A stretch of 63,976 nt of DNA, counting the filler, from Octopus bimaculoides (Eukaryota), in NCBI RefSeq assembly GCF_001194135.2. It is 6 parts of 6 records of this genome, joined end to end, with 100 filler letters (N's around TTAATTAATTAA, not from the genome) between each part and the next. Parts side by side here need not be neighbours in the genome. Positions count along the whole stretch, not along the records: positions 32,370 to 58,967 come from NC_068994.1; positions 59,068 to 62,252 come from NC_068995.1; 4 more parts are not named here. The stretch is one strand, 5' to 3'. Positions 47,761-61,786 of this stretch are shown one piece after another. A model generated the notes under the pieces. That model did not search any database. It was not told the origin of the DNA and saw only the letters and a list, made by a program, of their open reading frames with translations. How positions within the stretch are numbered: the first letter of the stretch is position 1; each line of letters begins with the position of its first letter. The position numbers were made by a program, and so were the translations under genes.

Positions 47761-48515
47761 GTCTATATTCTTAGTAAAATTTTGGACTTTTGTAAAAAAA
47801 AAAAAAAAAAGGGGTTTATAATCTGATTCATAATTTTGACCTTCATCCCAAGCATTATAATTGAAATTGGGTAGACAGAAATTTGTTGGATGTACTGCAT
47901 GGAAACCTTGTCACATTTTGTGTTAAAATAATCCAAACTGCAAATTACATTAAGAGTACACATATCTGGAAAACTCAGCTGCTTACACATTTAACCAGTA
48001 AGAAGTTGCAGTTGATCAAACAACTGAATGTGCATCATCAAAATCAACTGGGGATCTATCACTTTCAACCTTCACAAATAAAAACAAATCTTTTTCCATA
48101 TACAGAAGAAGAAAAATTTGGTTCAATGTGAAAAGTAGTAAATGGATCTTAGACCTATCTACTGGATGGAACTGCTTTCATTTTCATCTCTAATGGTTTG
48201 TGACAAATATTGATATTATAACTCTTTCTTTCTAAAATAAACTTGATACTACATTACCTGAGAAATCATAGCCTTTTGAAATAGGAAACTAGTATGAGGC
48301 TCTGTTGGCATGGAACCTCAGCTTAAAGAAACAATGAAGTTGTAATGTTCATGTCATATCCAGGAAATTTCTGGCTATTAAAACTTAATGGCCATATTAA
48401 TATGAAGGAAGATGGTCAAAAGTTATGTAGATCCATTGTATTTGCACAACTGTAGATACAGGATATTAATTTGGTCACCAGGATGGTATTAAGGTATTCT
48501 TCTCTTTTCCAACAG

Positions 48516-48683
48516 ATTCTGGCTCAATCTTGGTGCTTTGCTTATTGGGGTGAATATTACAATTGGTGCCTTCCTCATCTTATGGACTAGTTGCATCAAG
48601 AAGATATCATCCGATGAATGGGAAAGACAGTACCCAGCTGCTATTCCAACTGCAACAGCTTCCTTTATCATTGGAGCTGTATG
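48516..48683 (+). CDS. TMEM128: Transmembrane protein 128, internal coding exon
   Basis: Acceptor TCTCTTTTCCAACAG; FWLNLGALLIGVNITIGAFLILWTSCIKKISSDEWERQYPAAIPTATASFIIGAV-C (human YPALIPITTASFIAAGIC); 168 nt, phase 2/2; GTAAGT donor. Confidence 0.95.
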
Positions 48684-49439
48684 GTAAGTATTTAATCCTC
48701 CACTTTACATCCCACAGGATTTAACCACAGAACAAACTTGTGATTTCCTTGTTCTTGCTTACTTCAGTTGGTTTATTTATGTATTTTTTGGTTCATTTAT
48801 TTTCAAGTCCATCTCACTGTGGTGGAAATAAACCAGAAAATGGTGCTGTGCTATTGGTTCCGCTATAATGAAGCAAAACCATATGATGATCAGTAAAGAA
48901 ACATCCAATTTTAGTGCTAGGTTAACTAGGTCATTGAGAGCTAAATGCTATCTACAGATGTAACTCTAGTGCTAGTATCAGGATATGTCAGTCCATTAGC
49001 TAATTGTTTGAATTCTATCAACTTGGCCTTTTTAGACATTTTTATAATGTTCTTACTCACATAACTTTTCAGATGAGCATGTACTGCATTGAGAGTAGGA
49101 AGTACAGGTCTTGACAATTTTTTTACAAAAGGAAAAAGGTTTACAAAAAATGTTTAGCCAGTATAGTTTGCATAGTTAGAAATAAAATGAGCTGAGGGTA
49201 CTAACTCAAATAGACTAATGAATAAATTTGGAAAGTTAAATCAAAGACTGATGCACTGAATATCATAATTAAAAAAAAAAATCTTTTATTCATTGGAATT
49301 TCATTTTTAGAAAGAAAATTAAATCCTTGTTAACAGACCAAGAAATATAGAATTAATCTCTAAAATTAATTTGTATACTTAGATGAAAGTAAGTCTGATC
49401 TTGGTCAAACTGTTCCTGTAGTATAAGGGCCCAATAGAT

Positions 49440-50905
49440 ATCATCATCATCATCACCATCATTTAACGTCTGTTTTCCATGCTGGCATGGGTTGGATGGT
49501 TCGACTGGAGTCTGGGAAGCCAGGAGGCTGCACCAGGCCCCAATCTGATCTGGCAGTGTTTCTACAGCTGGATGCCTTTCCTAATGCCAACCACTCCAAG
49601 AGTGGGTGCTTTTTACATGCCACCGGCACAGGGGCCAGAGGAGCTGGCATTGACCACGATCGGATGGTGCTTTTTACGTGCCACCTGCACGGGGGTCACA
49701 ACTGCAATTTCCATTTGATTGTAATTTGATTTGATTCTGATACTGATGTTGATGTACTTGACTCAATAGGTCTCCAAGCATGGCATGTCGCCCTACGATC
49801 CAAGGTACTTTTGAGTGGGCTGGTTATGCAACATTGATGTAGGTTACAGCTGTGGACTCACTTTATTTGCCGGGTCTTCTCAGTCACAGCATACCTCCAG
49901 AGGTCTCGGTCTTTTGTCATTGCCTCTGTGAGGCCCAACATTTGAAGGTCATGCTTCATCAGCTCATCCCATGTCTTCCTGGGTCTCCCTCTACCCCGGA
50001 TACCTTCCACTGTTTGAGAATGGCACCTCTTCACACAGCTCTCCTCGTCCATCCACAGTACATGACCATACCAATGCAAACGTCTCTCTTGCATGCCACA
50101 TCCAATACTTCTTATGTCCAACATTTCTCTCAGGGCGCTTACACTCTGTCGTGTGTACACACTGACATTACACATCCAGCGGATCATGCTAGCTTCATTT
50201 CTTTCGAGCCTACTCATGTCTTCAGCAGTCACGGCCCATGTTTTGCTGCCATGAAGCATGGTAGTTCACACACATGCATCGTACAATCTACCTTTCACTC
50301 TGAGCGAGAGGCCCTTTGTCACCAGTAGGGGTAGAAGCTTTCTGAACTTTGCCCAGGCTATTCTTATTCTAGTGGTAACACTCTCTGAGCATCCACCTCC
50401 ACTACAGACTTGGTCCCCTAGGTAGTGGAAGCTATCAACTACTTCTAGTTTCTTTCCCTGGCATGTGATGGAGTCTGTTTTCTGAGCATCTGTGGTGTTT
50501 ATTGCCCCTGTGCATCTGCTGCACATGAAAGCTATCTTCCCGGTTAATCTTCCTTTGATGTTGCTGCACCTCTTATATGTCCATAGCTTACACTGGGTAC
50601 GTCTCATGGAGTTTCTACCTACACCTTTTCTACAGATCGAGCAGGGCCACCTACCTGAAGGGGTGTGTGATGTGTTTGCCTTCTTACTTACTAGAACTTT
50701 GGTCTTTGCAACATTGACTCTAAGGCCCTTCAATTCTAAACCTTGCTTCCATACATGAAATTTCTTCTCTAGTTCTGGTAGTGATTCTGCTATGAGGGCC
50801 AGGTCATCCGCATAGAAGAGCTGCCAGGGACAACCTGTCTTGAATTCCTCTGTTATTGCCTGGAGGGCTATAATGAATAAGAGGAGGCTGATCCTTGGTG
50901 GACCC
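49440..50905 (-). mobile_element. 5'-truncated RTE LINE, antisense in the last TMEM128 intron
   Basis: RT motifs LLFIIALQAI..CPWQLFYADDLALIAES and FHYLGDQV, C-terminal RRLHWYGHVLWM..RGRGRPRKTW; 3' UTR ends in a (GAT)n tail. Confidence 0.95.
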
Positions 50906-52244
50906 CTACTTCTACTTCCATATTTTCCCCCTTCCCTGCAAACAAACATCAGACTTCTCATCCTCTAACCATGTAAATTAACTTTGAGAGATAATTTTGA
51001 ATTTATTATTTGAAAGTTGCTTACTAGAGTTTTGCTATCTTTTTTGAAATCAAAAGGAAATTTCAATTAAGTATTTATTGTATTCAATATTCAATACATT
51101 GTAATTTAATTATCCAGATTTCTGCCATTGGCTCATTTGTATTATTTCTCTTACCAGTAATGTTGCTTGCCTGTTGTTTTTCATTTCCTTCTTGTTATAT
51201 GAAAAGTAAAACATTTATTAATTCTAAGAACATGCATTTAGCCTTGCTCTACAATAATTTAATCCTCATTGAGAATGTTGAATTATCAACAGAATGATCA
51301 TGATTTTTATTTAGTTGTATCTAAATCTAAGTTGTAGTACTGATTCTTTAGAAGTTGTCATCCCAAATTATTTCAAAGAAAGATTAAATCTATATATAAA
51401 AAAATGTGATAGCCAGCAGGAAAGGTTGCCTTGAACTGATTAGATCCTTGATTCTTAACCAGGAATTGAAACCTCAGCTCAGTTTCGATGTTTCTGCAAG
51501 CCTCTTTCCTTTGTTCTTAAGAGTTCACACTCAGAAATCTATGAGAATTAGCTGTCACTATCCTCAACATTTGAGGTAAAACTCCATTCGACTCAGATAA
51601 ACCTATTTGCTTCCTCTACTTTTAACTTTCAAATGGGTATAAATTCAAATTCTCTCTGAGATTTTCAGACAGTTCCGTCTTTATTCTTAGACAGTCTACT
51701 TCTGTCACTTTCTAGCACCTACACTGAGATACACACTAACTTTTCTGATGTATCACTGTTATTATCATCCTTCTTGCACTTGAAAATAGCCAACTGCTAC
51801 AGGCTTTTATATATTATATGTCTAACTTGAAGTTGTAGAAGACAAATCAGTATGGCTGAATAAATCTGTGATAAGTTATTTTTCCCTTTGTCAAATTATT
51901 TCGGTACCATATCTTATTGCCCCACACAGCCTTCCCTAAGCCTATCACCAATACAAATCACCTCTATAGTCATTACACCCTTTTTTTGGAAGGTATAGAC
52001 TATAGCATGTGTTCAATGATTGGAGTAGATTTCTGCAGAGAGAAAAAGGAGAAATTGATAATCTTTGGATACACTGTTTAAGTTTTTGGATGGGTCTTGG
52101 GTGATAAGAAAAACATTTTGATCAAATCTTGGCTGTAACTCAAAGAACAGAGTCTAAAACAAAGGAATGCAATATATTGTGTAGAATTCAAAATCTATGA
52201 TGAAGCTATAGTAGCTTAATACAACAAGTTGATATAATGATCAT

Positions 52245-52940
52245 CATCATCATCATCATCGTTTAACGTCCGCTTTCCATGCTAGCATGGGTTGGACGAT
52301 TTGACTGAGGACTGGTGAAACCGGATGGCAACACCAGGCTCCAGTCTGATTTGGCAGAGTTTCTACAGCTGGATGCCCTTCCTAACGCCAACCACTCAGA
52401 GAGTGTAGTGGGTGCTTTTACGTGTCACCCGCACGAAAACGGCCACGCTCGAAATGGTGTCTTTTATGTGCCACCCGCACAAGCCAGTCCAGGGGCACTG
52501 GCAACGATCTCGCTCGAAAATCCTACAGGAGCCAGTCAGGCGGTACTGGCANNNNNNNNNNNNNNNNNNNNNNNNNNNNNNNNNNNNNNNNNNNNNNNNN
52601 NNNNNNNNNNNNNNNATGTACGAAGGTCTTGCCTCACCACCTCAGCCCAGGTCTTCCTGGGCCTACCTCTTCCACGGGTTCCCTCAACTGTTAGGGTGTG
52701 GCACTTTTTCACGCAGCTATCCTCCTCCATTCTCACCACATGTCCATACCAGCGCAATCGTCTCTCTTGCACGCCACAACTGATGCTTCTAATGTTCAGC
52801 TTTTCTCTCAAGATACTTACACTCTGACGGGTATTCACATTGACATTACACATCCAACGGAGCATACTGGCTTCATTCCTTGCGAGCTTACGTATGTCCT
52901 CAGCAGTTACAGCCCATGTTTCACTGCCATGTAGCATGGT
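52245..52940 (-). mobile_element. Second, shorter RTE LINE copy
   Basis: MLHGSETWAVTAED...RRLRWYGHVVRM...RGRGRPRKTW and the same 3' UTR and (GAT)n tail. Confidence 0.92.
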
Positions 52941-53079
52941 AAATGCACTAAGGTATCAACAAAGAAGAATAGGTTCATTTCTTGTTTTATTTGCTTTAAT
53001 GATTGTTTTGAATATTTACACACTGATTAAAGGGATATTTTTTAATGTTTATTTCTTTCTCTCATTATATCTATTTCAG

Positions 53080-53185
53080 TGTCACAATTGGTCTTTGGCC
53101 AGTATGGAGCATCCTTACTCCATTGATCCTCTTCCTCATTTTCATGGGATTTGTGGTTATTGTTGCCGTGATACCAAATTTCTAA
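53080..53185 (+). CDS. TMEM128: Transmembrane protein 128, last coding exon
   Basis: Acceptor CTATTTCAG; completes C then VTIGLWPVWSILTPLILFLIFMGFVVIVAVIPNF*, TAA at 53183-53185 (human [23 protein letters not shown]). Confidence 0.95.
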
Positions 53186-55335
53186 AACATTGCCACCCAC
53201 TCTCAACATTTATTGGAGAATCATTCCATGGAGGAGGACATATTTGTGGTATGAGCATCTTTACCTGACAAAAAGAAATCAGTACCTAGTGCCTTGGTGA
53301 AGTTTAAAACCCCATTGGATTAAACCGTTATTCTCTGATGTGTAATTTTTTTTCCTTGCCTACACTGGTGACATTTACTGAAGTTCTAGGACCAGGTGTT
53401 GTTCACATGGTTCTTAAAGCAGTGTCTGTTATCTAATATTGCCAGAGTTTTTCATGAGTATTTATGATCCAGCTTAGCATCTGTTCTATGTAACTGAAGT
53501 GTTCTTTGACTGAATAGTATCTCAGTAACCTACATATAGTATCTGCATAACCTTTGTGGTCAATGATTATTTCCACCTCTATAAACATGTCTTAAAGACA
53601 AGTTAAGGTGGTTAACCTGATTATTTCATTATCTTAAACTTTTGAAACCACAACGGGAGCTTCTTTTGTAAGCAACAACTTTGTTAGAGGAGCTAACCCT
53701 TCTACATTGCCTTCCATGTATTTCTAATAATGATGTAAGGGTTTGACACTAAAATATCAATAGCTGGAGACCACTGACTTAGGAATTTCTCAGAAAAGAT
53801 ACGCACATACTGTTTCTCAAATTTGTTTTATGACAATGCTCTACTGTTGTACTACGCAGAGTTACTGCTAAGTTTATATTTGCTGCATAAGATAAAAAGA
53901 AAACAAGAAAAATTTAATAAATATTTTCTTTAACATCTTTGTTCTTTTTCTTGTGTTTTTATATTGCAATAGTAAATAGTCTTGTATAAATTATTAAAGT
54001 GTGTTTAGAGACTTTTTTTTTTTAACTCAGTAAATGTTCTTGAAATGGGTCCAATATTTTTATGTTTCAGGTAAATGTGTATATTTTAAGACTGCAACAT
54101 ATATCAATATTAACTGTTTGGTTGTTTTATTAAGAAGTTTATCATGTCACAATATTTCACATACAGGCCTCAAATAGTGAGATTTTTTTTATATGCTATC
54201 ATGTAATATATGAGAATGATTTTAATATTTTCATGGTTTCTCAATGTTACTTTCCACCTCAATGCTTTATCTAATTTCAGTGTATTTTTTTCTTTCATAA
54301 GAATTTTGTTTCAAATGTCAAGTATGACACAGAATTAAGAATATTTCTAAACTGTTGTGAAAAGTGTAGTGATGCATGTTACAAAAGTGATTGCTTCTAG
54401 ATTATTTTTCTGTTTACTTTTCTTCACCAATCTGTTTACTGAAATTGGCCAGTAAATTGAGTGTATGTAATATTCTTATTTGACGATGTACACATATTTC
54501 TAGTTCACCCAAGCTTTATCATTCTTTCAAAATATATTGCCTTGGAAATGATCTGTTGAGAAACAGAAATTCATTGCAAGTGAACATTTGATGTTGAGTA
54601 ATGATATAACGGAACACATTCGTAAAGATAATTTATATATAGTTTATATGATTATTATTTACACATTTATTGTGTAAATTATTAACTTACAACATTTTAC
54701 TTTTTTTTTGAAAGGCAGTGATCACATGTGACAAACATGTTTCATTAAGGCAGGATGATACAGTTTATTTTGCCCATAAGGATAACATCTTAGGTGTAGC
54801 ATGGCCTCATATGACTGAGTCATCAAATAATTCTATAAACACCTTTTATTCTCGGAAACAGAGGAGCTAAGCTACAATTGATAGTTAGTGATGTGCTGAG
54901 GACATTATTACTTGCAGCTGGAAAAGAAAATGCTGTTGTAGTTACAGATAAGGATGATTAAACTAAAAAACTAACACCCAGAGACTTAAAATAGATCCTA
55001 CATTAATAACATAGTTGAGACTAGTTTATGGCTCTTGCAATACCAATGCAGGAATATAACCTTTGTTAGACTGAAGGGCTTAGCAAACCACTGTTTACAT
55101 AATAAACATCATTTTGCCATTCCTGGGTAAACTGCATTGTATGTTAACGTACTTCTAATGGAAAGTGATCCAACACAATACCTTTGTTATCACTATAAGG
55201 CTAGTGGTAGTATTGGTTTTTTAGTACATGGATATTTTGCTGTCTGTTTCAGTGTGTTGCTCCATGTCTCCACATGGCTATCAATTATGTTCTTTCTCTT
55301 TGCAGAGCTGTATAGATTCACATAAAAAATTCATA

Positions 55336-55502
55336 TAGGCGTAGGAGTGGCTGTGTGATTAGTAGCTTGCTTACCAACCACATGGTTCCGGGTTCAGTCC
55401 CACTGCGTGGCACCTTGGGCAAGTGTCTTCTACTATAGCCTCAGGCCGACCAAAGCCTTGTGAGTGGATTTGGTAGACGGAAACTGAAAGAAGCCTGTCG
55501 CA

Positions 55503-55533
<31 letters not shown>

Positions 55534-55852
55534 NNNNNNNNNNNNNNNNNNNNNNNNNNNNNNNNNNNNNNNNNNNNNNNNNNNNNNNNNNNNNNNNNNN
55601 NNNNNNNNNNNNNNNNNNNNNNNNNNNNNNNNNNNNNNNNNNNNNNATATATGTATGTGTGTGTATATGTTTGTGTGTCTGTGTTTGTCCCCCCAACATC
55701 GTTTGACAACCGATGCAGTTTGGCAAAAGAAACCGATAGAATAAGTACTAGGCTTCCAAAGAATAAGTCCTGGGGTCAATTTGCTCGACTAAAAGCGCTG
55801 CTCCAGCATGGCCACAGTCAAATGACTGAAACAAGTAAAAGAGTAAAGAGAG
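55336..55852 (+). mobile_element. SINE family A (young, CpGs retained)
   Basis: Near-consensus head and tail, gap in the TA tract. Confidence 0.85.
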
Positions 55853-56984
55853 TATAATCCAATAAAATTTATGTTTTCAAAGTGTTCCATTTTTGTGATG
55901 ATAACAGAGAACCTAAGGTTATTTTACTAATTCTTGATATATTCCCTCTTCCAGTTGGAAGTATACCATTCTTTTACAATGTAAACTCTTCCATTACATT
56001 ATTTATCAGAGGGTAAGTCTGTTCTTTCATTTAGAACTTTCTTATTTTCCAACTTGGTTCTGAAAATGTAAATAGATTAATTACATCAAGGATGATCTTG
56101 GATCACTTTCCACTAAAAGAAGTACAAACAGAGAGCTATTTAAGTTAGTAACAAAGATTCTTTCTCTCTCTAAAGAGTAAAAGACAGATTGTATGATGCT
56201 TGTGTATGAAATGCAGTGTGATGGGATCTTTGGATGCATAATACTTGTGAACATCAACGATGGTATACAAATGAACTGGCAGGAAAACTGGTTATGAGGA
56301 ATTAGATTTTGCATACAAAAGTGAAGATTGTTCTGGGCAGGCCTGTGATATGTATAGAGATGACTAAGGAAGCTTTGAATCAAAATGATGAAGATTGATC
56401 TGAAAAATGTTACACCTCATGAAGGAGATGACAAAGAAAATGTAGCAACAAGTAGTGTTGGCAAAAATCTTTTGTATTGTAGGGAACAAGCCTACTTCTC
56501 TGATGTTGATGCCATGGTAAAATAAAGCCAGTACACTCTGTAAAGCAGCTGTCAAGTGATCAGAGGACCTTTTAGTCTTGTTGAGGACATAATATTTCTC
56601 ATGCTGTGCCATGAGAAAATGCACTCCTCTATACACTCTGGTGATAGGAAGGGCCTCCAATACAGAAACTGTGCTAAATTTAGAGTCTGTGAGCCCTTCA
56701 ACCTACCACACAAACCATTAACTCTGGATTAGAACTGACTCAGTGCTGATTCATTTAATCTATGATAAAACATGTAAATGATTATGAACGAACCAGTGTA
56801 CAAATCACACAATATCATAATTTGCTTGGATTTACCTAACTCAATCATGGCACTCCTCAGGATCCTCCATAGCATTTAGTACATCAGCTGAGTTACATCC
56901 TGTGTGCTCAAAGCTGCTCTATATAGTATTTTTACCTCTGCCAAGGAAGGAAGTTATTGTTTTCTATTTGAATAGTTGACCCAA

Positions 56985-57360
56985 CTACATCCATACTGGA
57001 TGTCCATTGGAGTGAGTCTCTGATGAATTTTTGCTTAACACTTCAGCAATTTCCAGAAAAGTGCATCGACTTTTCTTTAGTGACATCACTGACTGCCAGA
57101 AGATTACTGTATGGTTACTGTTTGGTTGGCTGCTTTTCCCAGGAGGAATGTTAAACTGCCTGCAACATACATAGGTACTATCAAGCTTTGCTAACAGATG
57201 TTTGACAAGTGTCCTGGTAGTGGACCCATACAATTGTACAGATTCCACTATGGTATGGGGAACAATTTATTTATCATCATCTGATGGTGATGACTTTTCA
57301 TTAGATACAATGTTGCCTCCTAAGTAATTGAAGGAGTCTACAAATTTTAGAGGGTTTTAT
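56985..57360 (-). mobile_element. RTE-like LINE RT C-terminal remnant
   Basis: VDSFNYLGG and VESVQLYGSTTRTL..LLAKLDSTY (decayed VES.LLYGSETWTL..KLD). Confidence 0.7.
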
Positions 57361-59011
57361 TTGACCCTTTAGCATTTAATCCTGCCATATCTGGCCCAAA
57401 TATTCTACCTGTTTTATGTTAAAACTGGCCAAATCCAACCTCTCACACCTGCCCTACTATGTCACTCTAAAAATATACAAATACATAATTGAAATCTTGA
57501 AGCTACAAGATAATGTGTTATAAATTCAAAACAATATGAATAAATAAGCAATAAATTTGACAAAGAAATCTGAACACTGAAGGGTTAACTTTGCTTACTG
57601 AACCCTCCTGATTGAAACAGACACATTCAGTCTTTGTTTGCAGAGCTGACATAATGACTAATATCTTCAGCTATTTCCTCAAGGTCATAGAGAAGAGTAG
57701 TAGCTTTTGAGATAGTATCTGGAAACCACACCTAATGAGATAAAATTAAAATGTCTCACACTATACAATTTGTACAAAAAAGAAACAAAAAAACAAAGCC
57801 ATTACAAAAAAAGTCCCATCAAACAACAAAAACAGAAATAAAATGGTAAACCAAGAAAATTACCCAATTTATATACAACTTAACCCTTCAAAATTATCTA
57901 AATCTGGTTATAATTACACTACATAACAAAATTTGAAATTTTTTGTCATTGGTCAGTGTTATTTCCTATTTGCTTATTTCTAGAAAAGGAAATGACAACT
58001 ATTTCCTTTAAACTTTGCTTTTGTGATGTGGACTTGAATGTTTTGAAACTGACCTATTTTCCAAAACATTTCAGACAGATTCAGTGCTGTGTTGCTGAAA
58101 CAGAAATATCAGTATAGCAAATCTTCAGATTTGCTTTTCAGTTGCTCGACCTTAACCCTTTCAGCATGTCCATTAGTGACTGACAGTATGTGAATCTCTT
58201 ATCATGAGAAGGAGTAGTGGCAGAGCATCATAGCCACATGTTGAAAGGGATTCTTTGGGGTTTGAATAAATGTAATAAAAGCAAAGTTTGAAGGAAATAT
58301 TAGCCATTTTCCGTACTTTCTAGAGGTAAATAAAAAGGAAATAACAGTTGCTACACAAGAATAAAAATCATATTACACAGTGTTATGTATAAATATAAGT
58401 GTACAAGAGAATGTTGCATAGGTACTCTATTAATTATTGCCATCTCACCAACCTTGTACCATTAGGTACATGACTGGTATTGGAAAGGACAGGTAGCAAA
58501 TTGTCAATTTATTAAGGAAACTGGTCAGTGTGATCCTCATACCAAATTGCTAAAATGGCTCATATAGGGTCTCATTTCACAGCACACCTCATAACACTTC
58601 AAACTTTTCTTGGACTATTCTACCTGAACTTTCTACTCTCCTACACTCGAATTTCTATACTTCGGCTGCATCTCTCCTACCCATGGATTACACTGGACTC
58701 TTCCGTTGATGAGAAATTGCTCCAATACACCACGACGTTTGAACCTTATGAACTTTTCTAAACTTCTTTGTACTTTCTGCCTTTTCCTATTGTCATTTCT
58801 CACATTTCTGTGTTCCTTAATGTTGATGAGTGTAGGCTTTGACTTAACAAACTTTGTCATAGTGGAATCTGTAAAAGACTTACTCACTTCCTAAGTGTTA
58901 AACTAATACATCTGTTTGTTGTTTACACACCCATCTTCATCTTTTGTTTTTTTTGTAAATTCTCACTNNNNNNNNNNNNNNNNNNNNNNNNNNNNNNNNN
59001 NNNNNNNNNNN

Positions 59012-59023
59012 TTAATTAATTAA
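59012..59023. other. Artificial scaffold-join linker
   Basis: TTAATTAATTAA between 44-N runs. Confidence 0.95.
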
Positions 59024-59139
59024 NNNNNNNNNNNNNNNNNNNNNNNNNNNNNNNNNNNNNNNNNNNNTATATATATATATATGTATATATACGCGCGCAC
59101 ACACACGTGTGTGTGTGTGTGTGTGTGTGTGTGAATTAC

Positions 59140-59425
59140 TTGTTTCAATCATCTAACTGCCGCCGGTCTTGGGCATGTCCTTGAAGGCTTTTGGTCGAAC
59201 GAATCCACCACAGTTCTTTTTTTTATAGCTGGTATTTATTCAATTGCTCTATTTAACGAATTACTACATCACGGAACCGTAAACAACCCAATATCGGTTT
59301 TAATGTCGTGTGAGGGATAAACAATAACATATTCACACATACGACGGGCATTTTTCAGTTTCCGTCTACTAAATCCTATCACGAGGCTTTGGACTACCCA
59401 CCGCTATAATATAAGACACTTGCAT
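59140..59425 (-). mobile_element. SINE family A (diverged)
   Basis: Reverse-complement similarity to the family A body and tail. Confidence 0.65.
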
Positions 59426-61606
59426 ACATACATAGAATCATTCTTACACAGAGACATGCATGCATACATATAAAATATATATTTCCACCCGTCCAATTCA
59501 AGTCAATATGTTATGGTCAATAAAAGTGTACATTAGAATAAAGTTGCTTTAGCAATGATTCGCGCGTTAAGATTCAGCTTGGAGTTCAATATTTTCGCTC
59601 CCAACTGTGGAAACGTCATGTTTATATGTTTCTACATCTTCCAGAATTTTTTGTCATCCCATGAAAACCTCTCCGACATTAAATTGGACGTAATTTCACT
59701 GAAGTTGATTTTAGAAAGTTATTAAGAATTTACATTTTCATTACTAGACCCATTTTATTTTACACTACTATAGGGAAACGCTAACATAATTTACACACGA
59801 ATTGGACCTGTGAAAACCAGTGTGTGGTCACTCATGATGCTAGATTGAAGGTCTTGCAGTATTTGATCCCCTTCTCTGTGCTCTGAGTTCAAATCTTGTC
59901 AAGATCAACTCTCATGACTGTGTAAATCAGGGATAACATTTTTAAAAAACATTTTATATATATGTGCGTATGTGTTAATGTGCATATGTGTTAATGTGCG
60001 TAAGTGTTTAATGTGTGTGCGTGTGTGTGTGTGTGAGTAATGTATTTATATACATGTATTTTTTGAGTATGTATTCCTGCGTATGAGTATATCGGTGTAT
60101 GCGGATGTATATTACTATAATTTACGCAAGAGAGTTGGATTTATTCAAATGGCTTAAGAAATAGAAAAGCGATCCCAACTAGAATTTTGTTTCACCATAC
60201 TTTGAATTACTTTATCAAATGCTTTTAATTATTAGTATGAGATTTCTATTTAGCATTAGTTGACACAAACATCTGAAGAAGATTTCACAACGCTATTAAT
60301 AGGATTTGTATTTGAAATCTTTAGATCGATACACATTATATTGCATTTGGTGCTTTTGAATTAGAAAGTTTTTAATTCACTTTGAAAGGAATAGAAAACT
60401 AAAAATAATTTTGTGAATAATGATAGGATTTAAGTCCATGCAGATTTCAAGCAATGGTTCTGCTTGAAAAGAGATGCGAGACAGAACAGATGTTAAGTAT
60501 GATTATTTTTACATTTTGTTGTTGACGTAGAAATAAAATTCCTACAAGATGGAATGACTGAGTTATCATCTCGTAAAATCTTACAGATATATTGGGATAA
60601 AGTTCTTGCGTTCAGTAATGAAATACGTTGAGTGACTTTTTAATTCAGCAGGCGAATGCGCTTGAAATATGAAAATTGAAGTAAAATACCATATGTTCTA
60701 AAACAAAGGTAACATAACTATTGTTTACTTTGAATGACTTCATTTAGGATGAATCTAATTTGGTTCCAAATAAACTTTTTCATCGAAATGTCTGCATTTG
60801 TGCAAGTTTTTCCGTTTCGTATATAAATAATTGTTTTTGTAAATCGTTTATTTATTTGCATTTATTACATTTATGCATAATGGCTTACATATTTAACATA
60901 TTTCCAAACGGTATATGCTAAATTATAAAAGGCAAAGGTATGTTGAGAGACGAAGCGATGTCCGAGAAAACTGCCGGCTACGAGTGAAAGAGGCTCGGTC
61001 AAAGCCTATTAGCAACATAATAACTTGGATGTTGCATTGTCAGTGTGACAAAATGAAATAAAGAAAAAAGGGTGATACTGATACATATATAAAATACAAC
61101 GATGTATTTAGAAGGGTTACATTAGAAGTATACAAGCACAAATGTAATACACAACAGCTACAAGGCTGAATAGCCTGAGGGTAAAGAATACATGCCTTCC
61201 AAACCACGTCACGTCTAAAAAAATATTCATAAGTACAATCCTCTCATTGCAAATAGCACGAAATAGTTTTTGCAGGATAAACATCGTCTTTCTGTTTCTG
61301 CATCTCTTTCATGCCCTTGCTTGATGGGGCCGGGATCATCCCAGTTTAATGGTCCCAGATGTGTCATCGGGCGTAGAGGTGACCAGGTCAAGCAGTAGTG
61401 CTCATCACTAGTGTTCTCAAGACGGCTTTCTGTAATCTCAAAGATGACGTTAAGCTCCTAGTTATCTTACTTTATACATAATCATCTGGAGTTTATATAT
61501 ACATATACACACATAAAAGAAGTAATTAAGTTTCAGTAGAATAAGGTACTTAAGTTGAAGCACCAAGTCAGTCCGGAAATATCCGCACAGTCAGGTGAAT
61601 AAGATC

Positions 61607-61774
61607 AAAATAAGTAGCAAGATGTCAAATAGTAATGCAATACGACCGTTTCAATCGGATCAATTTAATTGAACAATGTAATCTACACTGATATAATGAT
61701 TGAATTGTTCAATTCAACAGAGCCGGTTGAAACGGTCGTACTGCTTTCCTATTTGACATCCTGTTACTTATTTT
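61607..61774. repeat. ~170-bp foldback (arms ~70 bp)
   Basis: AAAATAAGTAGCAAGATGTCAAATAG..TACGACCGTTTCAATCGG..AATTGAACAAT versus the reverse complement of ~61704-61774, with several substitutions. Confidence 0.88.
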
Positions 61775-61786
61775 CATTATACATAT

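Noticed and set aside
48883-48990. ATGATGA as a C/D snoRNA C box in a TMEM128 intron
   Set aside because: No D box (CTGA) or terminal stem at a suitable distance.
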